IMG/VR virus record: IMGVR_UViG_3300045988_139511
Span: 1 to 55,729 of that record
Direction: 5' to 3' (one strand)
DNA from: a virus
DNA: 55,729 bases
The notes under the pieces were generated by a model, which had not been told where the DNA came from, searched no databases, and saw only the letters and a list, made by a program, of their open reading frames with translations. Numbering within the stretch: the stretch's first letter is position 1; each line of letters opens with the position of its first letter. A program made the position numbers and the translations under genes. Below, piece by piece: positions 1 to 8,787 of this stretch.

Positions 1-55
1 AATTTTATAAAATCTACTAACAAAAATACTTTACTAGTTGATACTGAGGAGTATA
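1..55. repeat. Assembly overlap: bases 1-55 are identical to 55675-55729 (circular or terminally redundant genome)
   Basis: AATTTTATAAAATCTACTAACAAAAATACTTTACTAGTTGATACTGAGGAGTATA is present at both window ends. Confidence 0.9.
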
Positions 56-540
56 TATCAGTAGCATTATTTGAGGGACTACATAAAGCTATAGAGAGCT
101 ATGACATAGAGAAGAATGATAATTTTATCCCTTATTTATACCGTTGTGTAGACAATGCTTTAAAGAGCCAAGTAGGTAAGGATTGCGCTGATAAGAGAAT
201 AGTAAACGAGCAAGCAATTACATACACAGGGCTGGTGGCTATGCTAGGAGGTCAGGACTTATCTGATTTAGATAGGCTGGATACTTTTGTATCTGAGGAT
301 ACAGCTATAGAAAGATTAATTAATACAACTGAGGAGCCTGAAATGGTTAAGGAGTTTAGAAAAGCTAAGGGAGACCTAAAAGCTGACGTTATATTATGCT
401 ATACACTAGAGGAGGACTTACAACAAAAGGCTATTTGTGAGGTCTATGGTGAGACTGAATATGAGGGTAAGGTAAAAGTTAGGGCTTGTAGAGTTAGAAA
501 AGAATTTAAAGAATTTTTATTAAGTTGTAACGGAAAGTAA
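1..540 (+). CDS. Sigma-70 family (ECF-like) sigma factor, C-terminal part; the gene starts at ATG 55540 and wraps the junction (about 224 aa in total)
   Basis: Frame 1 is open from base 1. Region-2-like FIPYLYRCVDNALKSQ and a C-terminal region-4-like HTH. In frame with 55540..55674 through the overlap. Confidence 0.7.
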   Translation, partial: NFIKSTNKNTLLVDTEEYISVALFEGLHKAIESYDIEKNDNFIPYLYRCVDNALKSQVGKDCADKRIVNEQAITYTGLVAMLGGQDLSDLDRLDTFVSEDTAIERLINTTEEPEMVKEFRKAKGDLKADVILCYTLEEDLQQKAICEVYGETEYEGKVKVRACRVRKEFKEFLLSCNGK

Positions 541-556
541 AGAGATTAAGTATTAC
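526..556 (+). promoter_or_regulatory. M-class promoter TGTAAC-N19-TATTAC (copy M1)
   Basis: TGTAAC 526-531, exactly 19 nt, TATTAC 551-556, TGTAA box 561-565; 43 nt upstream of ATG 599. Confidence 0.6.
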
Positions 557-598
557 ATAGTGTAAGTTAAATAAATAAAAAACAGGAGGAGATTAATT

Positions 599-1084
599 AT
601 GATATTAGAAAGAAATGGAGAACGCTTAGGGACTGTAGGAGAAAAAACAAACTACAGAACTGTTCATGGAGAAGATATACACGTAGGGGACATAGTTAAA
701 GCTGGAATTATGGGAGGACTTATTACAGTAGTTGAGCCTATGGTAAAAGGGGACAACGGATTAGGAGAAGAAAAAGCTTTTGTAATGGGTATAGAAATGA
801 CTTGTAACGACGCTGAGGGAACTGTAGAAGGAGCTAAGATATTAGAAATAGTTAAGCCTTACACAGCTTTAGAGCTAGGGGAAAAACTAGGAAGGTGCGA
901 CGTGGTTGTATCTGATAAGGAAATTGAAAAAGAGAAAACAACTAAGGACGCTGGCGAGGAGTTAGCTTATAAAATATTCTTTGGAATAATTGATAAGGCT
1001 ATCAAAGATTTAAAAGAGGCTAACAAAGATTATCACGGCTTAGAGTTTATTAAAACAGTATTAACTGAGGGAGGACTTAGATAG
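599..1084 (+). CDS. Hypothetical protein
   Basis: 161-aa ORF with an AGGAGG SD upstream; first gene after M1. Confidence 0.6.
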   Translation: MILERNGERLGTVGEKTNYRTVHGEDIHVGDIVKAGIMGGLITVVEPMVKGDNGLGEEKAFVMGIEMTCNDAEGTVEGAKILEIVKPYTALELGEKLGRCDVVVSDKEIEKEKTTKDAGEELAYKIFFGIIDKAIKDLKEANKDYHGLEFIKTVLTEGGLR

Positions 1085-1266
1085 TGGCTATAGTAAATAG
1101 TAAATCAGGATTAACAGTCTCAGTTAATATTGAGACAGGTAGTGAGTTTAATGTAGCAGAGCAAGTTAAAAACAGAGTAGAGAAAGCATTACAACAAGTG
1201 GTAAATGAGTGTTCTACAGAGTTTTATAGAAATATAAAAGCAGATATAAAGATAACTTTAGAATAG
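1084..1266 (+). CDS. Hypothetical protein (GTG start overlapping the upstream stop)
   Basis: 60-aa ORF, TAGTG overlap suggests translational coupling. Confidence 0.45.
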   Translation: MAIVNSKSGLTVSVNIETGSEFNVAEQVKNRVEKALQQVVNECSTEFYRNIKADIKITLE

Positions 1267-1287
1267 TTGTAGGAGGAAATAGTAGTA

Positions 1288-1380
1288 ATGGATAAGAAGG
1301 ATAATAAGAAAGTTAAAAAACCATTAGTCTACTCACCTTTAATGGTATCAATAAAAGAATTAACAGGGGGAACAAAATAA
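1288..1380 (+). CDS. Possible 30-aa basic peptide
   Basis: AGGAGG at 1271-1276, ATG 1288, stop abuts the next start (TAATATG). Confidence 0.3.
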   Translation: MDKKDNKKVKKPLVYSPLMVSIKELTGGTK

Positions 1381-1381
1381 T

Positions 1382-2047
1382 ATGAGTATGTTTACTGCAA
1401 GAGGAGCAGACGCTAAGGCTAACGCTCAAAAAGAGAAAATGGATTTATCAAAGGTATATTACAGATTTAAGTCAGGGGAAAGTGCTAAGGTCAGAGTATT
1501 AGGATTAGTAGACTATGTAGAGTACAAAGCTCATAGCTCATTTACTCACAAGGTTTATACTCAGCCATGTGTAGGAGTAACTGGTAAAGAGTGTCCTTTA
1601 TGTGTAGCTAGTAAATCAGGTATAGAAGGGTTTGAGGAGCTATACGCTAAGAAAAGATACGTATTTGTATTCGGAGATTTAGAAACTGGTACATTAAAAG
1701 CTGTGGACGTATCTAAAAATCAAGCTAAGAAGTTAATAGCTGATATAGAAGAATATGCAGACGATATTAATGATATAGCATTTAACTTAAAGAGAACAGG
1801 AGAAAAGACAGATACTACATTTAGTTTAAATCCTATCTTGAAATTAAAAGGAGACGACGCTGAGAAGTTTGAGGCTCTAGCAGGATTAGAAGTTACAGAC
1901 CAATATTTTAACGACGTATTAGTACCTAGAAGTTACGATATGCAAGTAGAAATATTAAAAGAGGCTGGCTATCCAGTTGAGGAATATTTTGAAGTAAAAG
2001 AGACAGCTAATGATACAGCTGTAGAAGGAACAGAAGAAAACTTTTAA
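1382..2047 (+). CDS. ssDNA-binding protein (gp32/gp2.5-like)
   Basis: H-x7-C-x8-CxxC zinc-type motif (FTHKVYTQPCVGVTGKECPLC) and an acidic C-terminal tail ending in Phe (EGTEENF). Confidence 0.55.
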   Translation: MSMFTARGADAKANAQKEKMDLSKVYYRFKSGESAKVRVLGLVDYVEYKAHSSFTHKVYTQPCVGVTGKECPLCVASKSGIEGFEELYAKKRYVFVFGDLETGTLKAVDVSKNQAKKLIADIEEYADDINDIAFNLKRTGEKTDTTFSLNPILKLKGDDAEKFEALAGLEVTDQYFNDVLVPRSYDMQVEILKEAGYPVEEYFEVKETANDTAVEGTEENF

Positions 2048-2100
2048 GCTGTCCCTCCAGCTGGTGGAGGTTATGCTTAATTGATAATATGGGTACCCAA

Positions 2101-2131
2101 GGGGACTGGCCACGGCTGGTCCCTTTTTTTT
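2101..2131 (+). terminator. Intrinsic terminator
   Basis: GGGACTGG..CTGGTCCC hairpin followed by T8. Confidence 0.7.
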
Positions 2132-2135
2132 ATTT

Positions 2136-2166
2136 GGTAACAAAGACGACTAAAAAACAGTATTAC
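2136..2166 (+). promoter_or_regulatory. M-class promoter (M2, GGTAAC-N19-TATTAC)
   Basis: GGTAAC 2136-2141, 19 nt, TATTAC 2161-2166, TGTAA box 2171-2175. Confidence 0.55.
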
Positions 2167-2202
2167 TATATGTAAATAAATTAGAACAGAGGAGGAGATA
2201 TT

Positions 2203-3117
2203 ATGAGCTTATTTAGCAGGGAAAAGGCTCAGAAATTAAGAGAAAGGGTAATTGATAAAGAAAGTGAGAGAGGACAGAGGTTAGCTGGTGGCTTATGGAA
2301 TATGTTTAATGAGTTACACTCTATGGACTACTACGAGGATAAAGAGATAGAGGAGCTGTTACTAAAACAGAAACAGCATGAGGTAGAGGTAATGGACTTC
2401 TTTAAGACACTACCAAAGGACGTAGTAACATTTAGTCCCTCAGGAGCTGGGAAATGCAGGAGAGAGCTGGTATATAAGGCTAATAGGACTAAAAAGGATA
2501 TAATACAAAAGTACCCATATCAAAGACGTTGGACTAGAAATAGTACAGCCGTACACGGTGCCGTACAAACAGACCTGCTATATGCAGAGAAGAAATTAGC
2601 TAAGCCTATATTTACCGTAGCTAGAATGAAGGGTACTGGACTTCCAGCGTGGGAGAGTAACTTAAAGACAGTTAAAAGAATATCCCATAAAGGTGTAGAC
2701 TTTGCAGTATACGGAATGATGGACGGGGTATTAATTTATACGCCTGACGGCAGTAAGATAGGCTTTGAGTTTAAGACTAAGAGTACTACGATAGGTACTG
2801 TAGGTCATTACAAAATGAAGGACGCTGGGGCTGACCATAAGTTACAATGTGTAGCATACTCTATATTGTTTGGTATTGACGAGTATATTATCACTTATGA
2901 AAGTGTAGCTAAAGACGGCTGGACTAAGGGTGAGGAGGCTAAGCCTGACCTGAGAACTTTTTATCATAAGGTAACTGAGGAGGATAGGCAGGGGCTACTA
3001 GATAAGTGGGCTGAGACGGCTAAGGCTTATTATGAGAAGGAGCTACCTGAGAGAGAAGTAGATAAATGTATTTTCTGTCCTTATAAGACTGTTTGTGAGG
3101 TGGCTGATAATGAGTAA
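2203..3117 (+). CDS. PD-(D/E)XK Cas4/RecB-like exonuclease with an Fe-S cysteine cluster
   Basis: MDG..FEFKTK (D..ExK), QCVAYS motif, one N-terminal Cys (GAGKC) plus C-terminal CIFCPYKTVC. Confidence 0.7.
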   Translation: MSLFSREKAQKLRERVIDKESERGQRLAGGLWNMFNELHSMDYYEDKEIEELLLKQKQHEVEVMDFFKTLPKDVVTFSPSGAGKCRRELVYKANRTKKDIIQKYPYQRRWTRNSTAVHGAVQTDLLYAEKKLAKPIFTVARMKGTGLPAWESNLKTVKRISHKGVDFAVYGMMDGVLIYTPDGSKIGFEFKTKSTTIGTVGHYKMKDAGADHKLQCVAYSILFGIDEYIITYESVAKDGWTKGEEAKPDLRTFYHKVTEEDRQGLLDKWAETAKAYYEKELPEREVDKCIFCPYKTVCEVADNE

Positions 3118-3400
3118 TAAGATATTTATAGAAAATACTGAGGACTTAATAGGGCTTATTGGTGGTTACGATACAGAGGACTACAAGGTAATAGAAGAAG
3201 GGGACTGGGTATCTAGTGGTAAATATGAAGAAAAAGAGTGCATTATACAGGATATTAATACAGGTAAATATTATAGAATATTTGCAGATAGAACAGGCTC
3301 TTATTATTCAGATTACTATTACAACTATTATTCTGAGGCTGTGGAAGTTGAACAGATAGAAAAGGTAATTACCTGCTGGGAGGTAGTGTCTAATGAGTAA
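3110..3400 (+). CDS. Hypothetical protein (Tyr-rich)
   Basis: GAGGTGG SD then ATG 3110; I prefer this to the track start at 3095. Confidence 0.5.
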   Translation: MSNKIFIENTEDLIGLIGGYDTEDYKVIEEGDWVSSGKYEEKECIIQDINTGKYYRIFADRTGSYYSDYYYNYYSEAVEVEQIEKVITCWEVVSNE

Positions 3401-3899
3401 TAAGATATTAGCAATGGACTTATCTTTAAACCTACCAGCTATGGCAGTATTAGAGATAAGGGACGGTAGAGCGTGGATAGTTGATACCTACTATGTAGAT
3501 AATAAGAAAAGGACAAAGGCTACTACAGCTGAGAAGTTATCTAACATAGCCGATACATTAGAGACAATATCTGAGACACATAAAGATATAACTCATATAG
3601 TTAGAGAAAAAGGTTTTTCTAGGTTTGCTAATACCACTCAGTTATTATTTAGGGTAGTTGGTGTATCAGACCTAGCAGGAGTTAAATTATTTAGCTGTAG
3701 GGATATTGAGGAGCTGACACCTACTACAGTTAAAAGGTTTGTAGCTGGTAATGGTAAAGCTGATAAGGAAGAAGTAGAGGACGGAGTAAGGGAGTTATTA
3801 GCTCCTGAACAAAGAGAATATAAATTCTATAGCGACGACGTATCTGACGCTGTAGCTGTAGGACTAGCCTACTATATTAAAAGGGGATTATTAAAATAA
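3393..3899 (+). CDS. ruvC: RuvC-like Holliday junction resolvase
   Basis: ILAMDLS (D), VREKGF (E) and DDVSDAVAVGLAY acidic motifs typical of the RuvC fold. Confidence 0.7.
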   Translation: MSNKILAMDLSLNLPAMAVLEIRDGRAWIVDTYYVDNKKRTKATTAEKLSNIADTLETISETHKDITHIVREKGFSRFANTTQLLFRVVGVSDLAGVKLFSCRDIEELTPTTVKRFVAGNGKADKEEVEDGVRELLAPEQREYKFYSDDVSDAVAVGLAYYIKRGLLK

Positions 3900-3912
3900 T
3901 TGGAGGTATAAT

Positions 3913-4167
3913 ATGACATTTGATAATATATTAGCAGATTTAAAATTAGGTAGAAAAGTAATGAGAAAGGGCTGGAACGGTAAGGGAATGTATATTTATT
4001 ATGTACCAGCTCAGAGCTATCCAGCCGTAACAGAAATAGCTAAAAAGGAGTTTGGGACTATGGTACCTTATGGGGCTTATATAGCTATGAAAACGGCTCA
4101 GGGAAACGTGGTACCATGGTTAGCAAGTCAAACAGATATTTTAGCTGAGGACTGGGTACTGATTTAA
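3913..4167 (+). CDS. DUF2829 (MW1434-like) protein, Tad2-family candidate
   Basis: LKLGRKVMRKGWNGKGMYIYY and VPWLASQTDILAEDWVLI are hallmark DUF2829 motifs. Confidence 0.7.
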   Translation: MTFDNILADLKLGRKVMRKGWNGKGMYIYYVPAQSYPAVTEIAKKEFGTMVPYGAYIAMKTAQGNVVPWLASQTDILAEDWVLI

Positions 4168-4174
4168 TTACAAA

Positions 4175-4207
4175 AGGGACTACTAAAATAGTGGTCTCTT
4201 TTTTTTT
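4175..4207 (+). terminator. Intrinsic terminator
   Basis: AGGGACTACTA/TAGTGGTCTCT hairpin plus a T-run. Confidence 0.7.
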
Positions 4208-4212
4208 ATTAT

Positions 4213-4243
4213 TGTAACGATAAATAATATTACTCAGTATTAC
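4213..4243 (+). promoter_or_regulatory. M-class promoter (M3)
   Basis: TGTAAC 4213-4218, 19 nt, TATTAC 4238-4243, TGTAA box 4248-4252. Confidence 0.6.
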
Positions 4244-4274
4244 TCTATGTAAGTAATTTAATAGGAGGTTAAAT

Positions 4275-4523
4275 ATGGAGGTTAAAATTGATGTTAATCA
4301 GCAACAAATAAGCAGAGGGGATATAGTTCGTTATGCAGGTAGAAACTGTATAGTAGTTGAAGAAAGGTTTACTCCAAGCTGTATGCTAATTAATTTAGAA
4401 ACAGGGGTAGTAATTGAAGGATATAATAACATTGTTGAATTAAGAAAAGTGCGCGACATAACATTACTGGCTAAGTTAGACGAGGTAGTATTAAACAAGA
4501 AAAAGCAGGAGGTACCGTTTTAA
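4275..4523 (+). CDS. Hypothetical protein
   Basis: 82-aa ORF with a GGAGG SD. Confidence 0.55.
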   Translation: MEVKIDVNQQQISRGDIVRYAGRNCIVVEERFTPSCMLINLETGVVIEGYNNIVELRKVRDITLLAKLDEVVLNKKKQEVPF

Positions 4524-5092
4524 TGTTTGGCAAGTTGACTGTAAATACTGGCTCAATGTACTCAGGGAAAAGCTCTGAGCTATTGAGACAAGGGGAGAGG
4601 CACCTACTAGCAGGTCATAAGGTAGTATTTATTAAGCCAGCGATAGACCTAAGATATGCTAAGGACGAGATAGTAACACATACAGGAGCTAAGGTTGAGG
4701 CTATTAGAGTTAGAGGAATAGATAATATAGCTGGTATGGCTCAGGTAGTGGAGGCTGACGTAATACTAATAGACGAGGTACAGTTTTTTGATAGCTGGTT
4801 ATCTATACAGATAATGGAGCTAATAGCAAAAGGTAAGCATGTGTATTGTTCAGGCTTAGATATGGACTTTATGGGGGAGCCTTTTAGTTTAACAGCCGAC
4901 CTAATGGCTAGGGCTGATGTAGTTAATAAGTTTAAGGCTGTATGTGCTGGTTGTGGAGCTGACGCTACATACTCGGGCAAGAACGCTAAGGCCAGTAAAA
5001 GAACTAGGATAGAGCTAGGAGCTAAGGAACTCTATATACCACTTTGTAGGGAGTGCTTTAACAAACAGAAGGAGACAGGTCAGGTATGCTAG
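4523..5092 (+). CDS. tdk: Thymidine kinase
   Basis: P-loop GSMYSGKSSELL, DEVQFF, C-terminal CAGCG...CRECF zinc motif. Confidence 0.85.
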   Translation: MFGKLTVNTGSMYSGKSSELLRQGERHLLAGHKVVFIKPAIDLRYAKDEIVTHTGAKVEAIRVRGIDNIAGMAQVVEADVILIDEVQFFDSWLSIQIMELIAKGKHVYCSGLDMDFMGEPFSLTADLMARADVVNKFKAVCAGCGADATYSGKNAKASKRTRIELGAKELYIPLCRECFNKQKETGQVC

Positions 5093-5283
5093 AGATACAA
5101 GGGCTGAGAAATAAAGTAAATAATATAGAGGCTGAGCTTAAAGAACTAGGAGCTTTAACAATATCCGACAGCTTTTTTATATTAAAAGCAAGAACAGCAA
5201 TTATACAAGCTGAGCTTATGTTAAATATTTTAGAGGAAAACTTAAAAGAATTAAGAAGAAAAGAGTTAGTTAGTGAGGAGTAG
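5086..5283 (+). CDS. Hypothetical coiled-coil protein
   Basis: 65-aa ORF overlapping the tdk stop. Confidence 0.45.
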   Translation: MLEIQGLRNKVNNIEAELKELGALTISDSFFILKARTAIIQAELMLNILEENLKELRRKELVSEE

Positions 5284-5290
5284 TTAATAT

Positions 5291-5758
5291 ATGAAAATTA
5301 AAAAGAGAGCTTTAAAAGTTGGGCAAAAAGTAGTATTAGTGGATAGAGTCCCTGACGGTGAAATAGTGGGAGGATATGTTGTTGAAATGAGAAGGTTGTT
5401 AGGAAAAGTAGCGACAATAAGAAAGGTGCATGAGGACCATTTTAAAATTTTAGAAGACATTGACGACTTTTTTTGGGATTATAAATTTATAAAAGAGATA
5501 AAGCCAGTTTCAAAAGTTCATAGTGTAAATGATTTTGTTTATGAGGATTACATTTTACCAGTCAGATATACTTTAGAAAAAGTAATTGAAAGTGGTAATG
5601 CTGTTATATGTTGGGTTGAGGACAATGAAACAATGAAAATGATAAAAACAGTTGCAAAATGTCAAGAAGGCGACAGATTTGACTTACATAAAGGTGTTGA
5701 AATCTGTATGTATAAAACATTAAGAAAGATTGCAGATAAGAATTTAAAGAGATTTTAA
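5291..5758 (+). CDS. Hypothetical protein
   Basis: 155-aa ORF in the operon. Confidence 0.55.
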   Translation: MKIKKRALKVGQKVVLVDRVPDGEIVGGYVVEMRRLLGKVATIRKVHEDHFKILEDIDDFFWDYKFIKEIKPVSKVHSVNDFVYEDYILPVRYTLEKVIESGNAVICWVEDNETMKMIKTVAKCQEGDRFDLHKGVEICMYKTLRKIADKNLKRF

Positions 5759-5775
5759 TTAAGAGGAGTGTAGCC

Positions 5776-6429
5776 GTGGTGATAGTAGTAGGTGGAATGA
5801 TAGGGCTAGGTAAGTCTAGTGTGGCTAAATTATTAGGGGAGAGATTAGGTACACAGGTATTTTATGAGAGTGTTGAGGATAATAAGATATTACCTTTATT
5901 CTATACAAGCTCTGAGGAAGAAATACAAGCTAAAAGATACCCATTTTTATTGCAATTATATTTCTTAGATACTAGATTTAAAAGTATTAAGGAGGCTCTA
6001 GTAGATGATAACAACGTGCTTGACAGGTCAATATATGAGGACTGGTATTTTGCTAAGGTTAATAGAGATTTAGGAAGAATATCAGACCTAGAGTTTGAGG
6101 TATACGAGAGCTTAGTTAATAATATGATGGAGGAGTTAGCTGAGTTACCAAAGAAAAGCCCTGATGTGTTTGTATATCTAAAGGGTAGTTTTGATACAGT
6201 ATTAGAAAGAATTAATAAAAGGGGTAGGGGTTACGAGCTGGACGAGAGCTTAGTAGATTACTACAGAGTATTATGGGAAGGTTACGACAGCTGGTTAGAA
6301 AATCATTATAAGGCTAGCGACGTTATTATAGTTGATATGGACGTAACTGACGTAGTAAATAATGAGAGCGACGCTGACGCTGTAGTAGACGCTGTAAAAG
6401 CTAAATTAAAAGAGTTAGGGAGGCTGTAA
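5776..6429 (+). CDS. Deoxynucleoside kinase (dAK/dGK family)
   Basis: P-loop GGMIGLGKSS, DRSIYED and RGRGYE motifs; GTG start after a GAGGAG SD. Confidence 0.75.
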   Translation: MVIVVGGMIGLGKSSVAKLLGERLGTQVFYESVEDNKILPLFYTSSEEEIQAKRYPFLLQLYFLDTRFKSIKEALVDDNNVLDRSIYEDWYFAKVNRDLGRISDLEFEVYESLVNNMMEELAELPKKSPDVFVYLKGSFDTVLERINKRGRGYELDESLVDYYRVLWEGYDSWLENHYKASDVIIVDMDVTDVVNNESDADAVVDAVKAKLKELGRL

Positions 6430-6431
6430 GT

Positions 6432-6656
6432 ATGTTATACGGAGAGACTAAGATAGCTGTAAACAATAAAAAGACTATGAGACTAGTATGCCCTAACTGT
6501 GGCGAGGGGTTTATTAAAGTAAATGAGCCAGCAGGGGCTACAGATAGACACGGCTTTACACTTTTTGGAGTAACGGCTCCGAGCTGTAATAATTGTGGAG
6601 CTAACTTTACAGTTATGATAGATAAAACATTGAAAATAACAATAGAAAGACAGTAG
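6432..6656 (+). CDS. Small zinc-ribbon protein
   Basis: CPNC ... CNNC pairs. Confidence 0.5.
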   Translation: MLYGETKIAVNNKKTMRLVCPNCGEGFIKVNEPAGATDRHGFTLFGVTAPSCNNCGANFTVMIDKTLKITIERQ

Positions 6657-6692
6657 GGGGCTATGGCTCCCTTAAATATGAGGAGGCAGACA

Positions 6693-6944
6693 ATGACAAG
6701 AAAAGAGGCACTATTAGGAGTATTTAATATAGGGATATATACAGACACTATCACAACAGTATTATTATCAGTTAAACATAAGGACTATCCTAGAGCTGAG
6801 ATAATAGCTGTACCGAGAGAAAACTTTGAATTAAAGGCTAAATACATAGCAGAGTATTATAATGAGGAGCTAGTATTAAAGAATTGTGAAGATATTAAAA
6901 TAGTAAACGTAAGAGCGATAAATAAAGAGGGAGGAGCAGTCTAA
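6693..6944 (+). CDS. Hypothetical protein
   Basis: GAGGAGG SD 6 nt before ATG 6693 (the track start at 6663 lacks an SD). Confidence 0.45.
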   Translation: MTRKEALLGVFNIGIYTDTITTVLLSVKHKDYPRAEIIAVPRENFELKAKYIAEYYNEELVLKNCEDIKIVNVRAINKEGGAV

Positions 6945-7372
6945 TGAAAAAGATATATTTAGCTAGTCCATTTTTTAATGAGACTGAAATTGAGACAATG
7001 AGTAAAGTATTAGAAATATTAAGAGGTAAGGGATTAGATGTATTTGCTCCATATGAAAACCAAAATAAACATTTAGAGTTTGGTACTAAGGAGTGGAGAG
7101 AGGCTACATTTAACGGAGACGTAGCTGGAATAGATAGAGCTGACGTGGTTGTAGCCATAGTAGCTGGTAACTACTGTGATAGTGGGACAGCGTGGGAGAT
7201 AGGTAATGCTGTAGCAAAAGGTAAGCCAGTAGTAATAGTTAATCCTACTAAGGATACAATTAATTTAATGATAAGTGATAGCTTACACGCTTATATAGAT
7301 AGCTTTAAGGCGCTAGAGGTATACAATTTTGAGACGTTAGCTAAAATCACGTATGATAATTATGTATGGTAG
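6944..7372 (+). CDS. Nucleoside 2-deoxyribosyltransferase family protein
   Basis: MKKIYLASPFFN ... DSGTAWEIG motifs of the NDT/Rcl fold. Confidence 0.7.
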   Translation: MKKIYLASPFFNETEIETMSKVLEILRGKGLDVFAPYENQNKHLEFGTKEWREATFNGDVAGIDRADVVVAIVAGNYCDSGTAWEIGNAVAKGKPVVIVNPTKDTINLMISDSLHAYIDSFKALEVYNFETLAKITYDNYVW

Positions 7373-7385
7373 GAGGTAGCAGGTA

Positions 7386-8555
7386 ATGGAAAAGATATTA
7401 GCAATTATAGGAATGATAGTTATAGTAGGTATCTGTTATCTATTCTCTAAGGGGAAAAAAGAAATTAACTGGAAGAGTGTAGGGATAGCCTTTGTAGGTC
7501 AATTAGTTCTCGCTCTAGTATTGATTAAAACTCCAGCATGGAAGTTAGTAGAGTTGATTTCAAGAGGGTTTGAGTGGTTACTGGCACAGAGTAGCGAGGG
7601 TATAAACTTTGTGTTTGGTGGAATATCAGATAACTTTGTATTCTTCATTAATTCATTATTGCCGATAGTATTTATTTCAGCTATTATGGGACTACTATTC
7701 CACTTTGGTATTATTCAAAAGTTTATTTCTGTAGTTGGATTATGTGTAGCTAAGATATTAAAAGTAGATACTTTAGTAGCTGTAAATAGTGTTACTAATA
7801 TGTTTTTAGGTCAGTCAGAGAGTTTATTTGTAACTAAGTCCTATTTACCTAACGCTAAGGATAGTGTAATATTCGCTACTTTAGTAGGAGGTATGACTAG
7901 TATATCAGTATCAGTAGTGGGCTTATACGCTGGGTTTGGTGCTAGTATGGAGTGGATTATAGTAAGTATGCCACTAACAGTATTTAGTACATTTGTATTA
8001 ACTCAAATAGTAATGCCGACTAAGTATGAGCCAGTTGAGGAGTTAGTAGTAGAGAATGATAAGGGAGTTAACTTTATTGATACTATGATGTCATATGCTA
8101 CTACAGGGTTTAAGTCAGTAATAGGTATAGCTGTAGCTCTAATGGTATTTATATCTTTAGTATATATGGTAAATAACTTATTAGGCTTTGTAGCTCCGTG
8201 GTTAACTATTGAGAAGATACTAGGTGTAGTATTCTATCCCTTATCTTTATTAATGGGAGTGCCTTTTGGTGAGATAGGAGTAGTATCTGAGATATTAGCT
8301 ACTAAGTTAGCTCTTAATGAGGCTGTAGCGTTTGGATTACCTCAATTCGCTATGTTATCAGCTAACGCTAAGGCTATGATGACTGTAGCTCTTTGTGGTT
8401 TTGCAGGATTTGGCTCAATAGGAATTTTAATAGGTGGTTACTCAGCTGTAGCTCCTAAGAAAATACCAGTAGTAGCTAAGCTAGGAGTAAAGGCTTTATT
8501 AGTGGCTACGTTAGTAAACATATTAACAGGGGCCGTAGTAGGTTTAATGTTATAG
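7386..8555 (+). CDS. nupC: NupC-family concentrative nucleoside transporter
   Basis: 389-aa polytopic membrane protein. The N-terminal INWKSVGIAFVGQLVLALVL region and overall layout look like NupC/CNT. Confidence 0.7.
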   Translation: MEKILAIIGMIVIVGICYLFSKGKKEINWKSVGIAFVGQLVLALVLIKTPAWKLVELISRGFEWLLAQSSEGINFVFGGISDNFVFFINSLLPIVFISAIMGLLFHFGIIQKFISVVGLCVAKILKVDTLVAVNSVTNMFLGQSESLFVTKSYLPNAKDSVIFATLVGGMTSISVSVVGLYAGFGASMEWIIVSMPLTVFSTFVLTQIVMPTKYEPVEELVVENDKGVNFIDTMMSYATTGFKSVIGIAVALMVFISLVYMVNNLLGFVAPWLTIEKILGVVFYPLSLLMGVPFGEIGVVSEILATKLALNEAVAFGLPQFAMLSANAKAMMTVALCGFAGFGSIGILIGGYSAVAPKKIPVVAKLGVKALLVATLVNILTGAVVGLML

Positions 8556-8568
8556 GAGGTTTGAGACA

Positions 8569-8742
8569 ATGGAGGTAATTATAGTATTATTAATAGCTGT
8601 TGCGATAGCTGTAGGGGCAATAGCAATATTAACAGCTTTAATAAATACAGTATTAGTAGCTCTAGGGTTTTCAGCTATAAGCTGGTGGACTGTAGTGCTG
8701 ATATTAGCAATAATAAGGCTGGCTAAATGGTTAACAAATTAA
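8569..8742 (+). CDS. Small membrane protein (57 aa, two hydrophobic segments)
   Basis: GGAGG SD, ATG 8569; too short to appear in the ORF track. Confidence 0.45.
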   Translation: MEVIIVLLIAVAIAVGAIAILTALINTVLVALGFSAISWWTVVLILAIIRLAKWLTN

Positions 8743-8749
8743 GAGACTG

Positions 8750-8775
8750 GAGAGCTGTAAAAGGCTCTCTTTTTT
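8750..8775 (+). terminator. Intrinsic terminator
   Basis: GAGAGC..GCTCTC hairpin plus T6. Confidence 0.75.
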
Positions 8776-8787
8776 ATTATTTAATTA

